64,000 nucleotides of DNA from Octopus sinensis (taxonomy: Eukaryota). The stretch lies in assembly GCF_006345805.1 (NCBI RefSeq), contig NC_043006.1:50902001-50966000 (forward strand), read 5' to 3'. Below, in pieces: positions 1 through 33,251 of the stretch (position 1 is the stretch's first letter; each line of letters begins with the position of its first letter). The notes below the pieces were generated by a model. It was not told the DNA's origin and searched no databases. It saw nothing but the letters and a program-made list of their open reading frames with translations. Both the position numbers and the translations under genes were made by a program.

Positions 1-37
<37 letters not shown>

Positions 38-1107
38 ATTTGTAGTAGGTGTATATGTATGTGTGTATTTATATTTATTGGTGTATATATATTGACCAGC
101 CTTCTAAGACTGTAGACAAATCTGTAGGTACGCGTACGGATGTGTATATACGTGAATGTATGTAGATGGATGTATGTATGAATATAACGCGTGCGTGCGT
201 GTATGTGTATGAGTGTACGAATGAGTGAGAGTACGTGCTAAAGAGTGTGCGTGAGTGAATGAGTGCTTGTTTTCCAGTAGACAGATGAATGGACTGGCTG
301 TCATAGCCAAGATGCTTGTGACCAAGCGGCCAAAGATAACAAAAGTAATAAACGAAGATAATAAAATTAAAATTAGGGAATGGGTCTATTAGTATGTGTA
401 TATATATGTGTGTATGTGTAGGTTTGCATAGGTACACATATTATATGTATACATGTATGTATATGTATGTATGTGTGTGTATATGTGTGTGTATGTGGTA
501 TATATGTGTATATAGGGACTAGTGTGCTGTGTGTGCATGTGTGTGTGTGTGATATGTGTGTGTATGCGTGTATGTGAGTATGTGTGTGTATGTGTATATA
601 TATTTTTCTGTGCGTATATGTATGTGAGGTCGTGTGTGTATATATACATGTGTGTATACGTGTATGCATGTGAGTGTGTGTGTGTATACAGATATGTGTA
701 TGTGTAGATATGTATATGCATGTGTATGTGAAGTGTATATATATGTATATATATGTGTGTGTATGTATGTGTGTATGTATGTGTATATATGTTTGCATGT
801 GTGTGTATGTATGTATACATGTGTGCATAGGTATAAGTGAGAATCTCCTTATTTACCTAAAACTCTATCCCCCCTTTTTTTATATATAGGTTTTTTTTTT
901 TTTTTTATATATAGGTTTTTTATTTTATTATTTTTATTTTTTATTTTTTAATTTTTTAATTTTTTCTTCTATCTAATTTAACACTGACTCCTTGACCACT
1001 CCCCCAAGTATGATATTTTGTGCTATGCCTACCCCCAAAAAAGTCCCCCACCAACACCCCGTTAAACCTGCCTAAATGTATAAATGCCAATACAATTCTT
1101 GTTAACT

Positions 1108-1158
1108 AGCTTCCTGAAGATTTCTCTTGAATGAAACAGTTCTAGTCCTGTAGAAGCT
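1108..1158 (+). ncRNA. Type I hammerhead ribozyme motif, copy 1
   Basis: AGCTTC-CTGAAGA-TTTC(TCTT)GAAT-GAAA-CAG(TTCTAGTC)CTG-TA-GAAGCT: 6-bp stem I, stem III, GUA cleavage triplet; U-U at the base of stem II is non-canonical. Confidence 0.7.
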
Positions 1159-1242
1159 CCTTCTATATAATAAATTAATTTTACTCTGCTATGTATTGAG
1201 TACCTTATTTACTGTGGTTAACCCCGAATCAACCCGGGACCT

Positions 1243-1296
<54 letters not shown>

Positions 1297-1545
1297 GATA
1301 TATGTATGTATATGCGAGTATGTAGAGATATAGTATGTGCATGTTGTATATATGTGTGTATATTATATGTATAGGTATGTGTATGTGTATGTGTATATAT
1401 ATATAGGGTGTGTGTATGTATGCATATATGTATGTATGTATGTATGTATATGTGTATGTATATATATGTGTGTAAGTGTGGTATATATGTATATGTAAGT
1501 GTGTGTGCGTGTATGAGTATGTATGTATGTTTGCACACATGTATA

Positions 1546-1629
<84 letters not shown>

Positions 1630-2377
1630 GTATATATTTATGTAATGTGTATATATGTGTGTATGTGTATGTATGTATGTATATATATGCGTGTGTATGT
1701 GTATGTGTATATGTACATATACGTGTACGCTCGTGTGTTTATGTATATGTAGGTACGTAGAGTTATCTATGTGTGTATGTATTTGTACATGTGTGTAAGT
1801 ATGTATATATATATATATATATATGTGTATGTGTGTGTGTATATATGTATGTATGTGTGTATATGTATATATATGTGTGTATATATGTATATATATATAT
1901 GTATTTCCTGAGCGCCATACTAATACAATTGTTCGTTTGTTTTCCACCTGCCTTCGTCTTTTGTTTATTTTCATAAAGCTTCCCGTTATGTATATATATA
2001 TATATATATGTGTGTAAGTTTATATGTATGTATCCGTCTATATAATAGGTAACTGCACGTACATATACTTAATATTTATTATTTATTTTTTGAGTATGCA
2101 TGTATGAATAACTGCGCGTATATATATTTTACTATTTATTTATTTTTTGAGTATGCATGTAAGTATGAATATAAGGAGGCACGTGTGTGTGTGTGTATGT
2201 GTAAGCATAGATATATGTTTACTTTTACGCATGTGTGTATTTATGTGTATATATGGATGCGCGCGTGTGTGTGTATGGGTACGCATGTACATGTGTATGT
2301 GCGTGTATGTGTATATGAGTATGTATGTATGTGTGTGCGTATATTTGTATATGTATGTATGTATATGTATGTGTGTG

Positions 2378-2426
<49 letters not shown>

Positions 2427-3171
2427 ATGTGTATGTATGTATATGTATATGCGTATGTGTATGTATTTGTATGTGTATGCATGCGCGTATATATATGTAC
2501 GTATATGTATACGTGTGGGTGTGTGTATGTGTATAAATGTATGTATGTATGGATGTATGGATGTATGTATGTATGTATACGTATGTATGTGTATGTGTGT
2601 ATATGTATGTATGTGTATGTGTGTGTATATGTATATATATATATATGTATATGTGTATTGTATGTATATGTAATATATATATATATATATGTATATATAT
2701 AGTATGTATATATATGTGAATGTGTATGTATATGTATATATATATACATGTATGTATTTGTATGTAGGTGTATATGTATGTGTGTGTATTTATATTTATT
2801 GGTTTATATGTATAGACTAGCCTTCTAAGAGTGTAGACATGAATCTGTAGGTACGCGTACGTATGTGTATATACGTGAATGTATGTAGATGTATGTATGT
2901 ATGAATATAACGCGTGCGTGCGTGTATGTGTATGAGTGTGGCAATGATGAGTGTACGTGCTAAAGAGTGTGCGTGAGTAAATGAGTGCTTGTTTTCCAGT
3001 AGACAGATAAATGGACTGGCTGTCATAGCCAAGATGTTTGTGACCAGCGATCAAGATAACAAAAGTAATAAATGAAGATAAAAAATTAAAATTAGGGAAT
3101 GGGTCTGTATTTGTATGTGTATATATATTGTGTATATGTGTAGGTATGCATAGGTACACATATGTATATAT

Positions 3172-3215
<44 letters not shown>

Positions 3216-3809
3216 TGTATATGTATGTGTGTGTATATGTGTGGTGTATGAGTATATATGTGTATATAGGGACTAGTGTGCTGTGTGTGCATATGTGTGT
3301 GTATGCGTGTATGTGAGTATGTGTGTGTATGTGTATATATATTTTTCTGTGTGTATATGTATGTGTGGTCGTGTGTGTATATATACATGTGTGTATACGT
3401 GTATGCATGTGAGTGTGTGTATGTATACATATATGTGTATGTGTAGATATGTATATGTATGTGTAAGTGTATATATATGTATATATGTGTGTGTACGTAT
3501 GTGTGTATGTATATGTATATATGTTTGTATGTGTGTGTATATATGTATACATATGTGCATAGGTATAAGTGAGAATCTCCTTATTTACCTAAAACTCTAT
3601 TCCCTTTTTTTTTTTTTTTATATATTTTTATATATTTTTTTATATATTTTTAAATTTTTTTATTTATTCTTCTATCTAATTTAACACTGACTCCTTGACC
3701 ACTCCCCCAAGTATGATATTTTGCGCTATGCCTACCCCCAAAAAGTCCCCCACCAACACCCCTTTAAACCTGCCTAAATGTATAAATGCCAATACAATTC
3801 TTGTTAACT

Positions 3810-3860
3810 AGCTTCCTGAAGATTTCTCTTGAATGAAACAGTTCTAGTCCTGTAGAAGCT
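3810..3860 (+). ncRNA. Type I hammerhead ribozyme motif, copy 2 (identical to copy 1)
   Basis: Same 51 nt, 2702 bp downstream. Confidence 0.7.
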
Positions 3861-3911
3861 CCTTCTATATAATAAATAAATATATATATATATATATATT
3901 ACAGTTCTATA

Positions 3912-4095
3912 TGGCGTAGTGGTTAAGAGCGCGGTCTACTAACCCCAAGATTCCGAGTTCGATGCCAGGCAGTGACCTGAACATCGAAAAATACCTTACG
4001 AATGAGAATCCAGTTGAAATTTCCACAACACCCTATTGAAGGCTAAAGGGTTGTTTAACAACAAACAAGATGAGGATAAATATCCGTCAAGTGTA
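3912..4095 (+). mobile_element. tRNA-headed SINE-like element with non-tRNA tail
   Basis: A box TGGCGTAGTGG and B box GAGTTCGATGCC; tail AACAACAAACAAGATGAGGATAAATATCCGTC also seen at 62568-62674. Confidence 0.6.
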
Positions 4096-4099
4096 ATGT

Positions 4100-4155
<56 letters not shown>

Positions 4156-4530
4156 TAGCATACACATGCACATACGATCTTATATTTACTGGAGACTGAG
4201 ACATTTTTGAAGCCTCGCTGTGCAAATTAGTTCTGTATTTAAATCATAGGACACTCAACGCAAGGAGAACCATTTGTCTAGTTTCTCAATTTTTGTTGGC
4301 TTCTCATACAAATAAGATAATGTACAAGCGATCATGTTAAAATATTTCGTTAGGTAATATTCAATTCGTTCTCTTAGCAACAAGAGCAAGTAAGCAAATA
4401 TTGCTGCAAGCTTTAATGAATGTCGAAACTAGTTGATTTGATGTTTATCGCTGAACAGCTGAATACAGAAAGCGTGTTCAAGCCAGCAAGGAGTCTATTT
4501 ACACGGAGCGGCTAGAAGTACATGTATACG

Positions 4531-4569
<39 letters not shown>

Positions 4570-4576
4570 GTATGTA

Positions 4577-4900
4577 CGGCTCAGTGGACACAGCGTCGGG
4601 CTCACAATCATGAGGTAGTGATTTTGATTTCCGTACCGGGCTAGTGTTGTGTTCTTGAGCAAGGCATTTTATTTTGCGTTGCTCCAGCTCACTCAGCTGT
4701 AGAAATGATTTGCGATGTCATTGGTACCAAGCTGTATCGGCCTTTGCCTTTCTCTTGGACAACATCGGTGGTGTGGAGAAGGGAGGCTAGTATGTATGGG
4801 TGACTGCTGCTCTTCTATAAGCAACTTTGCCTGGACTTGTGCCATGCAGGGTAACTTTCCAGGTGCAATCCAATGGTCATTCATGACCGAAGGGTGTCTT
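4577..4900 (+). mobile_element. tRNA-derived SINE, family A (GTGTTCTTGAGCAA...CACTCAGCTG core)
   Basis: Degenerate A/B boxes plus a shared central core; related copies at about 5607-5855, 6690-6980, 16285-16632 and 27767-28020. Confidence 0.8.
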
Positions 4901-5219
4901 ATATATATATATATTATTATATATATATATATATATATATATTACACCTCTCGGAGTAATCACATAAATGTGAAATAAGGTGGAAAGAAAGGAGTACTCA
5001 AATACCAGAGGTAGAGTAATATGCTTTTGTTAACAAAACTGTCCATTGAACGGGAACGTGAAACTCTGAGTAACAGCTTTTGTTATATTTCTGCTGCTTT
5101 TAAATAAAGTGTGTGTATATATATATTCAGTAAAATTTTGATTCAGTTGAAAATGGTACTTAAGTTAAAGGCACCAGAATTTAGTATGGTATTATCCATA
5201 TAATTCAAAATAGGGTGAT

Positions 5220-5447
5220 TATAAACAAAATAAGCAACAAGGATATCCAGAGGTAATGCAGTACGATCGTTTCATGCGACTCCATTTAATCGAACAATGC
5301 AAATATTACATCAATTTCAAATATTACACCAATTATTGCTCTACATTTGAAATTGATGTAATATTTTCATTGTTCAATTAAATGGAGTCGCATTAAACGA
5401 TCATACTGCTTTACCTCTTGATATACTTGTTGCTTATTTTGATTATA
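5220..5447. repeat. Foldback palindrome with arms of about 100 bp (MITE-like)
   Basis: AAATAAGCAACAAG...ATTACATCAATTTCAAAT versus ATTTGAAATTGATGTAAT...CTTGTTGCTTATTT. Confidence 0.9.
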
Positions 5448-7709
5448 TATTTCTCATGTAGTGACTCATGAGAACGATAGACACGTTTCGTCTTTGTTGA
5501 GGTTTTCCAATGCTGTGTACTCGATTGTCCCCTTCCAAAATGAAATTCGTGCTTCAATAGATAAGAAAGAGTGAATAAAATATTCACTGGTATTGCAGAA
5601 GCTTGTGGAGGCGCGTGGCTTCGTGGTTAAGGTGTTGAACTCATGAACTTAAGATTGTGGTTTCGATTCCTGGACCGAGCGATGCGTTGTATTCTTGAGT
5701 AAAAAATATTTCATTTCACTTTGCTCTAGTCCACTCAGCTGGCAAAAATGAGTATTCCTGTGACGGGCCGGAGCCCGTCCAGGAGGAGGAAGTGGAGAAT
5801 ATATACGTCATAGAATTCGGGAAACCGGTACTATGATTCGTGAAGGAGCTCTATCCTATCCTATTGCGGAAGCTTGTCAGGATGTATAAAAATTCGGTAT
5901 AGGCAATTAAAGCAACTTTAAATTAAAATCATCACCTGTGTATTATATTAAGTGTATATACACTGCTAGAAGGCACGATGCTATGAAAATGCCTGAGATA
6001 AAATCTTTACCGAAGAGCGTCTGACAAAATGTGTTTGCGTATTTAGTTACGTACATACTTTTGCTCCCATATTTCTGTTGAAATACAGTTTCAGTTGTTT
6101 AAAAATAACGAAGAATCGAATTAAATAATTTTTCTGTTGGTGGTTGGAACATAAATTAACTTGAATTTTGATGGAAGGTTTTAACTTAGATAACTTCAAA
6201 CTATAAAGTTTATATTATGGAACCAGAGCAATCTTGGGTGGCTTGGTATGAAAAGCTTTGAATCCTGCTGATTTAAATTTAGATACATTTTGTTTGGATA
6301 AAATAAAGTACAAATCAAGTACAGAGATTGATTTAATCAACTCTAACCTGTTCTCTAAATGTATGACACCCTTGTCTCTCGAATACAATGATAAGACGAA
6401 GAAGCTGATTAAAGAAAAATATAAATTTATTACTATTTTATTTCTTACAATTAAACCACAGAATTTAAAAATGTTAAAAGAATAACACATTTTTAAACAT
6501 TCTACAATACTTGAAAAATATTGGCTATAGAAGCACTCGAACATGTATGCGTGGGCATGTTATAAAATTTAGGAACGGGAGAAATGGAGCTAAATTGAGG
6601 AGAAGAGAAAATTATAGGCAGGCAGATAATTAGTTATGTAGATACGTAGAGGTATAAATTTATGTCGGAACAGAAACAGATTGTTATTGTTGCTTAGCTC
6701 CAGTGTGGTTCTGATTGAGAAGAGCTATGATCAAAGACTCTCTAGCTATGACCAACTCATTTTCGCATTATCCAATGTTTCCTCTTATAATATATTCCTG
6801 GACCAGGCGATGTGTTGTGTTCTTGAGCGAAACACTTCGTTTCAGGTTGCCCCAGTTCACTCAGCTGGCAAAGATGAGTAATTCTGCGGTGGACCGTGTC
6901 CAGTTGAAGGGATGAAATATATACACCATAGAATCCAAGAAACCAGCCTTATGAGCTTATGGCTCGTGAAGGACCGTTGATCCCCTTGAGGTGTGTATAT
7001 GTATATTCAAAGGCATTAGGGTTGTTTATTCGAAAGAGGTTTCGCTGCCTCTTCTAGAAAATCTAGAGACGGTGTATATATCATTTCTTTGAGAGATACA
7101 TATATAAACACGTTAGTTCGTATCAATGTTAAGAAGAATTCATCTCGGTTCCAACGTAAACAAACTCCATTCATCCTTCTGACTTTGTGATGCTCTTTTT
7201 CTGTTTAATTTTCAGTAGTCTAATGTAAATTATGGTGATTTCGTTTGAGCTTATAGCTCGTTCATATGATTACCAATGATCAAGGAGCTTGTAGGCGGTC
7301 GCTTGACTTGCCACATATAGCAGCCAAGTTTTCTTGAATCACGCCTTACCGTCTTAAGCATAATGGAAACCATATTGGATGAAATAGTCTTAGATATACA
7401 CAAGAACAAAATGGTCAAAATCGGTACATCTGTGATGGTAGGCCGGCTCGAAGAGCGATTGTCCACGCGAGAGGTAGCTTAACTACAGTAAATATAGGAA
7501 TGTGAGATAAAGAAATACAGAGAGGAATAAAAATATAGAAAGATAGATTAAGAGACTGATAGAATGAAGAAAAAAATGAGAGAAAAATCTGAGAGGAGCA
7601 AAGAAAAAAGATGAGAGAGACAAAACAGAAACGGGAATGCATTATTCAAGTTGACCCACTATCGTAAGGGAACCTTTCTTGAGATTCAAAGTCGCTTTGT
7701 TCAATCTTG

Positions 7710-26957
<19,248 letters not shown>

Positions 26958-27012
26958 GTTTAGATTTCTCTCGTCTAGAAGTATACAATAAGAAATGCGT
27001 AAACAGTTGTCT

Positions 27013-27180
27013 CTTATAAAGATAAGCTTTCACATACACACCCACACTTATTCGTACGCCCTCACGTTCCTTGCCTATATATTTTATTGTTTGTATGTAA
27101 TTTGAATGTTTTTTTTTGAATGAATCTTGTTTTTTAAAGATAAAATGAAATAATGGAAGTAATATCGTTTGCCAGCCAAT
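27013..27180 (-). promoter_or_regulatory. Candidate core promoter of the PHM-like gene (TATAAG at 27013-27018; NF-Y-like AGCCAATCAG around 27174-27183)
   Basis: TATA-like motif about 55 nt above the ATG with TTATT about 30 nt downstream of it, plus a consensus CCAAT box upstream. An AG at 26975 could instead mark an upstream non-coding exon. Confidence 0.35.
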
Positions 27181-27766
27181 CAGCGGCCAAGAAAAATCTT
27201 TCCCATAGGTACAGAAATCGTTTCTATTATTTACTTCCCACCTGAGTTTTCTTTTACTTATTTTAATATAATAACAGGATTATTATTGAACTTAAAAGAA
27301 CAGGATTGAATTGAGAAAAAAATTTATATATAAACATAAAAGAAAGCTGAAACAACGTTAGAGAGAATGAGAAAGGAACGGGGGAGAGAGAGAAGGAGAG
27401 AGAAAGAGAGAAACAGAGAAAGAGGGAGGTGAAAGAAAATGCGAGTTTTTTTCCCAATGTGTGTCCTTGACGAAAATAATGCAACACTCCTAAATCACAG
27501 TAAAAATAAGATTAACAGAAAACTTTTTAATGAAATAATAATATAAAAACGAACCCTTATTTTTATTTCTATATATCCTTGTTGTTATTGTTGCTCAGCC
27601 ACAGGCTTGGCTTCATCAAACACTCCTGTCAAAGAAGTTCCATTTATTATCATCACAGCTTCTTGTATATAACAGGAACTATATTGTCCAACGTATTTTT
27701 TATTCTCGACAGAAGGAGGGTATCATTGAAGAGTGGAATATTTACTTACTATTGTTAGCAAGTTCG

Positions 27767-28020
27767 GGGAGGCGCGTGGCTTAGTGGTTAGGGTGTCAGC
27801 ACCATGATCGTGAGATTGTAGTTTCGATTCCTGAACTGGGCGACGCGTTGTGTTCTTGAGCAAAACACTTCATTTCACGTTGCTCCAGTCCACTCAGCTG
27901 GAAAAAATGAGTAACGCTGCGATGGACTGGCGTCCCGTCTAGCTGGGGAACACATACGCCATTGAAACCGGGAAACCGGGCCCATGAGCCTGGCTAGGCT
28001 TTAAAAAGGGCACATTTATT
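27767..28020 (+). mobile_element. tRNA-derived SINE, family A, well-preserved copy
   Basis: GGCGCGTGGCTTAGTGGTTAGG...GTTTCGATTCC head plus core plus tail. Confidence 0.85.
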
Positions 28021-30096
28021 ATATTTTTTTTTTGTTAGCAAGTTCAGCGATTTCGTAGAGGCCTTTTCATTGGTTATAGTATGCAGTAGTTTTTTGGCAA
28101 CTAATCCGTCTCAGTCGCAAAAAAAAAAAAACGTAAAATTTTTACCTTTGAAAAAGAAGAAAAAAATTTATCAAGAAATAGCATTTAAAAAGATGCAATC
28201 TTATTCTAAAGAATATGATGGTTGAAACATATGACATCTCACTAACGCAAAATAAAAAAAGAATTTTGGCTTAAATAAAAATTTATTGAAAAATATGTTT
28301 AAAAAGTCTGTTCTTAACTCTATGTCATGCTATCATGTTATCTGATTCTATAACTTAGAATGGATGAGACAACTGATACCTCTCAGTAAGCAATTACTTT
28401 CTAATAATTCTGGTTGTAAAACACAATAAAAAAAACTTTTTACTTCTTTTTTAAAATCTTCTTCATCTTATTGCTATCTTATGCTATCCTGTCGTACCTG
28501 GTCAACTCCAGATTCAAAGGAAGCTGGTAAAGGTCTGCACTGGTAACAATTAACAATAAGAGATTAGATAAATTAATTTGTTGTAAGTCGAGTATAAAAT
28601 AACGTTTCGGATATTTACACTTTACTCCAACCAATCGACGACACTACTTTTCTTCTTGTCTCTTTATTATCGATCAGGCAGTGAACTACAGAACAGTTAG
28701 AACGTCGGATAGAATACCACGTGGTACTTGTTTCGATTCTTTGTGCCCTAAAGTTAACTTTGCCTTCATCATTTCGGGGGCGATAATAGAATCAACAATC
28801 CAAGATGGTGGGTGAATTAGCAGAACTGTAAGAACGTCAGACCAAAAGCGCTGCCGGTATTTGTTTCGGTTCTTTGCCTTTCTGAATTCTGAGTTCATGG
28901 GGTATTTGTGTAGTAGACATAATTCGTTATCCGTTTTAAAAGACAGGATGATCACGGCTGGATTCTAGCACTTTGATTGAGAGGAGGTCGCTAAAGGCGG
29001 TAAAACATGGTTTGATATCTCAGCTAATAAAACATATTTGATGCTATTCTATTTGGATCCACTGAACATAGTTAAATAAAAGTGGTGATGAGAGGAGGTT
29101 GAACTGTAAAATATAAATAGAGCACTCTACCAAGAATGTCGTAGAACAAATCCAAGTACCTAATCCTTGGTGATTTAGCAGTGATACTAGTGAATCTTGA
29201 TGATAGCCGAAGAATCGACTGATGTACATGAGTGATACATGCCGACACTGAAGGGACGAAAGGCAAACTCGAGTCGCGCAGGATAAGGAATAAATTAAAA
29301 CTTTGCAGAACAGATCAAAACTAGAAAAGTGCTTGTTATTGATATTTAGCTTCGAGTTAAATGCGGTCGAGTAAACCTGTGTTCAGATACTAGAATCTAG
29401 CCGTGATCATCCTGTCTTTTAAAGATATCTCAGATTATAATATTCAGTGTGTACTTGCCTAATTTTTAAGACAGTAATTTTTAGGACAGTTTTACGACAG
29501 ATTGAGTTGCTATTTTCTGCAGGTCGAGCGTATTTATGTATGCACATGCGTATGTGTCGTATGTGTGTGAGCACATGCGAACGTAATAGGTAACAACATT
29601 GCTTTCAAATATGTATTTAAGACGATAGTTGTCGAATTTAATAGTTTTCATCAAAGATTTTTCGTATTCCACTATCAGTCCTTTTTATTTAACTTGGAAT
29701 TATGATGTTCTAAAAACCTTTAGAATTCATCATTCTAATGATACACCATTGAGATCCTGCTTGCGTGCTTTCCAAAAGGTTCCAAAGAAATTATGTTATA
29801 TCTGACGAAATTGTCAACTTGAGGTTTAAAATCATCCAACAGTTAATTTCTGATGAATTTAATCTTTTGTTTTGCTTATACTGTACCAGTTTATTTTATC
29901 TTTTACTTGTTTCAGTTACTGGATTGCGGCCATACTGGAGTACCACCTTGAAAGGATTTTAGTCGGGAAAAGGATGCGTGGCGTTCGATCATATAATAAT
30001 ATAAATAATATATAAATATATGCATATATACATACATATATGTACATACATACATACATATATATATATATATTATATATATATATATTATATATA

Positions 30097-30216
<120 letters not shown>

Positions 30217-31530
30217 TCATATATGGGTACAGGACATGACAAAAAAACCTTGAACACAATGAGAAGCGAAAGCATAAAAACAAAAGCATAGAAACGAACA
30301 TTTTTTGGGAACAACGAAAAAAACAGAGAAACGAGACATGCAACATAAAGAATATTACCCTTCTTCAGTTCTCCCTTTTTCATCTACTCCGCGTTTCGAA
30401 TCTGGTACTTATTCTATCGGTCTCTTTGCCGAACCGCAAACTTACTGGGGCATAATCAAAACGAAACCGGTTGTCAAGCGGTGGTGAGGCACATATGCAT
30501 ATATATGAAGAGCTTCCACATAGTTTCTTATTTCTTTACTACCCACAAGGGGCTATACTTTGAGGGGACAAACAAGGACAGACAAACAGATTAAGTCGAT
30601 TATATCGACCACAATGCGTAACTGGTACTTATTTAATCGACCCCGAATGGATGAAAGGCAAAGTCGACCTCGGCGGAATTTGAACTCAGAACGTAGCGGC
30701 AGACGTAATACCTATTTCTTTACTACCCACAAGGGGTTAAACACAGAGAGGACAAACAAGGACAGACAAATGGATTAAGTCGATTATATCAACCCTAGTG
30801 CGTAACTGGTACTTATTTAATCGACCCCGAAAGGATGAAAGGCAAAGTCGACCTCGGCGGAATTTGAACTCAGAACATAGCGGCAGACGAAATACCGCTA
30901 AGTATTTCGCCCGGCGTGCTAACGTTTCTGCCAGCACGCCGCCTTCCACACAGTTTCTGTCGACCAAATTCACTTACAAGACGACGCTTGCCCAAGGTAT
31001 TGCATAGTGGACCCTTCTGTGTTTGGATGTTCAACAACAACATGAACGAACACAGAAACACAGAAGGATACTAAAAAGAGATGCAGCAGCAAAAGGACAA
31101 GGTAAGTAGGCGAGAAGAGGGTCAACATACCAAGTATTGGTACCACTAAGAACAACGATAATAGCAGTAACTACAACTATATAAAGGGCACGGATACAAT
31201 GCACACATGCAAAACACATAGACTCAAGTACGCACACGCACGTACACACACACGCGCGCACACATACACACATACACACACTCAAGCCCATACACAGACA
31301 CATACACATACACACACAGACGCAAGCGCTTGAGCAAATAAGGATACACATCATAGAAAGACAGAATGGACGAGACGGAGCAAGAGAATACACGTGGATG
31401 GAAGAGTCCATGAAGAGGTCACAGATGTGTGACAAAAAATTTCCAGACAATAGACGTAAGAAAAAATAAGAACAATAATGAAAGAGTGAAGAACGAATAT
31501 ATAGTGCGTGTGTTTATTAGACAAGAAAAA

Positions 31531-31560
31531 AAAAGGAACGACCGTCCCAAAATATAACAT

Positions 31561-31606
<46 letters not shown>

Positions 31607-31640
31607 CACAATGTTATATTTTGGGACGGTCATTCCTTTT
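31531..31640. repeat. 34-bp inverted repeat enclosing (TA)n
   Basis: GACCGTCCCAAAATATAACATTGTG / CACAATGTTATATTTTGGGACGGTC are perfect; the match extends outward by AAAAGGAA/TTCCTTTT. Confidence 0.9.
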
Positions 31641-31644
31641 ATAT

Positions 31645-31680
<36 letters not shown>

Positions 31681-31728
31681 CATACATACATATATATATG
31701 TATGTATATATATATATACATACATACA

Positions 31729-31786
<58 letters not shown>

Positions 31787-32384
31787 CATATATACATATA
31801 CATATATATATATATTTATATAAATATAATATAAATAATATATAAATATATGCATATATACATACATATATGTAGATACTTACATCTATATATATATATA
31901 TATATACATGCATATATGGGTACAGGACATAAAAAAAAACGTTGAACACCATGAGAAACGAAAACATAAAAACAAAAACATGAAAACGAACTTTTTTTCA
32001 AACAACGAAAAAACAGAGTACAAGACACGCAACACAGGGAATATTCCCCTTCTTCAGTTGTCCCTGTTTCGCCTACTTCGCTTTACGAAGGTAAGGACAA
32101 GACGCGACTTCGTTGAAACAATCCGTCCCGCAAAGCAAATTAAATAAAATTTGGGATTTTTTGCGGAGGGTGAAAGTGGTAACAAGAACAGGACAGTAAT
32201 AACAAAACAAGACAGTAAAAACAATACAAGTAAAAACAGTGAAAGACAGGACAAAGAGAATAACACAGTAAAAACAAACGATGAGGGTTGTTAAGCCAAG
32301 ACGATGGAAAAATTATTTTGAACTCATTAAGGAGACAGCTTATGAGAGGGACAGAACAAACCGTCTTGTAACGGTGAAGATAGC

Positions 32385-32998
32385 AGTTGGAAAGAAATTC
32401 CAAGAGAAAAATTTCCTGCAACTGTCATGGTTTTGGGGGTTGTCAGCAATGAAGGACATATGATACCTCCTCACTTCTTTCCACAAGGTCTATGAGTAAA
32501 CTTTGCTGCCTACATCGATGTTCTGAATACAGTGGTTAAGCAATGGGTCGATAATGCGCGCAACGAAAGACCTTATGTGTTTCAATAAAACTCGGCACCA
32601 TCACACAAGGCTACAACAACGCAGGAATGGATAGCAGGAAATTTTCATAATCACATAACCCCCAAAATTTGGTCTCCTAGCTCCCCAGGCCTCAATCCAT
32701 CGGGCTACTGTGTATGGAGCGTAGTTGAGAAAGAATCCCTAAAAGCCTTCATAGAGTAGTGTCTAATATGAACACAAACCACTTGATCCTAGCATGTACG
32801 CGATTCAGACCTGGCTTAGAAGCCGTTATTGAAACTGAAGGACACTTTATTGAATAAAATGACGAAGTAATATGTTTATTCTTATTCTCAAAACCTTCTT
32901 CAGCAAAAAAGGCATCATTGTCTGTTTTGTTTAAGTTAAAAACTGCTTTGTGTAAGTAAATAACTGCCCTCAATCAAATATCTTACGCACCCTCGTCC
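32385..32998 (+). mobile_element. maT/DD37D-like (Bmmar1-type) Tc1/mariner transposase remnant with right end
   Basis: KFPATVMVLGVVSNEG...YIDVLNTVVKQW...YVFQ*NSAPSHKA.TTQEW...WSPSSPGLNP.GY.VW. Confidence 0.8.
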
Positions 32999-33065
32999 AA
33001 TAATACTATATTTGTTCCACGTCCTCGCGTTGTTGTGTTCTTTTGTGCTTTCTTGTTTGGATTAA

Positions 33066-33110
<45 letters not shown>

Positions 33111-33119
33111 CATATATAT

Positions 33120-33194
<75 letters not shown>

Positions 33195-33197
33195 ATA

Positions 33198-33251
<54 letters not shown>

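Larger units (their letters stand above)
29..3875 (+). repeat. Local tandem duplication, two copies about 29-1172 and 2747-3875 (period about 2.7 kb)
   Basis: Unique islands (GCCTTCTAAGA..., TTTTCCAGTAGACAGAT..., GGTATAAGTGAGAATCTCC..., the 250-bp block containing the hammerhead) recur in the same order; the microsatellite spacers differ in length. Confidence 0.9.

Noticed and set aside
75-3684. Dozens of His/Thr/Tyr/Ile or Cys/Val/Met ORFs here and throughout the window
   Set aside because: Translations of (TA)/(TG)/(CATA)/(AAT) microsatellites; no splice or domain support
3912-3975. tRNA-like sequences here and at SINE heads (e.g. 27767, 59672)
   Set aside because: No complete cloverleaf, and each continues into a multi-copy SINE body
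7330-7480. Exon-like segment with strong donor GACG|GTAAGG below the stop codon
   Set aside because: No frame is open from the acceptor; at most 3' UTR
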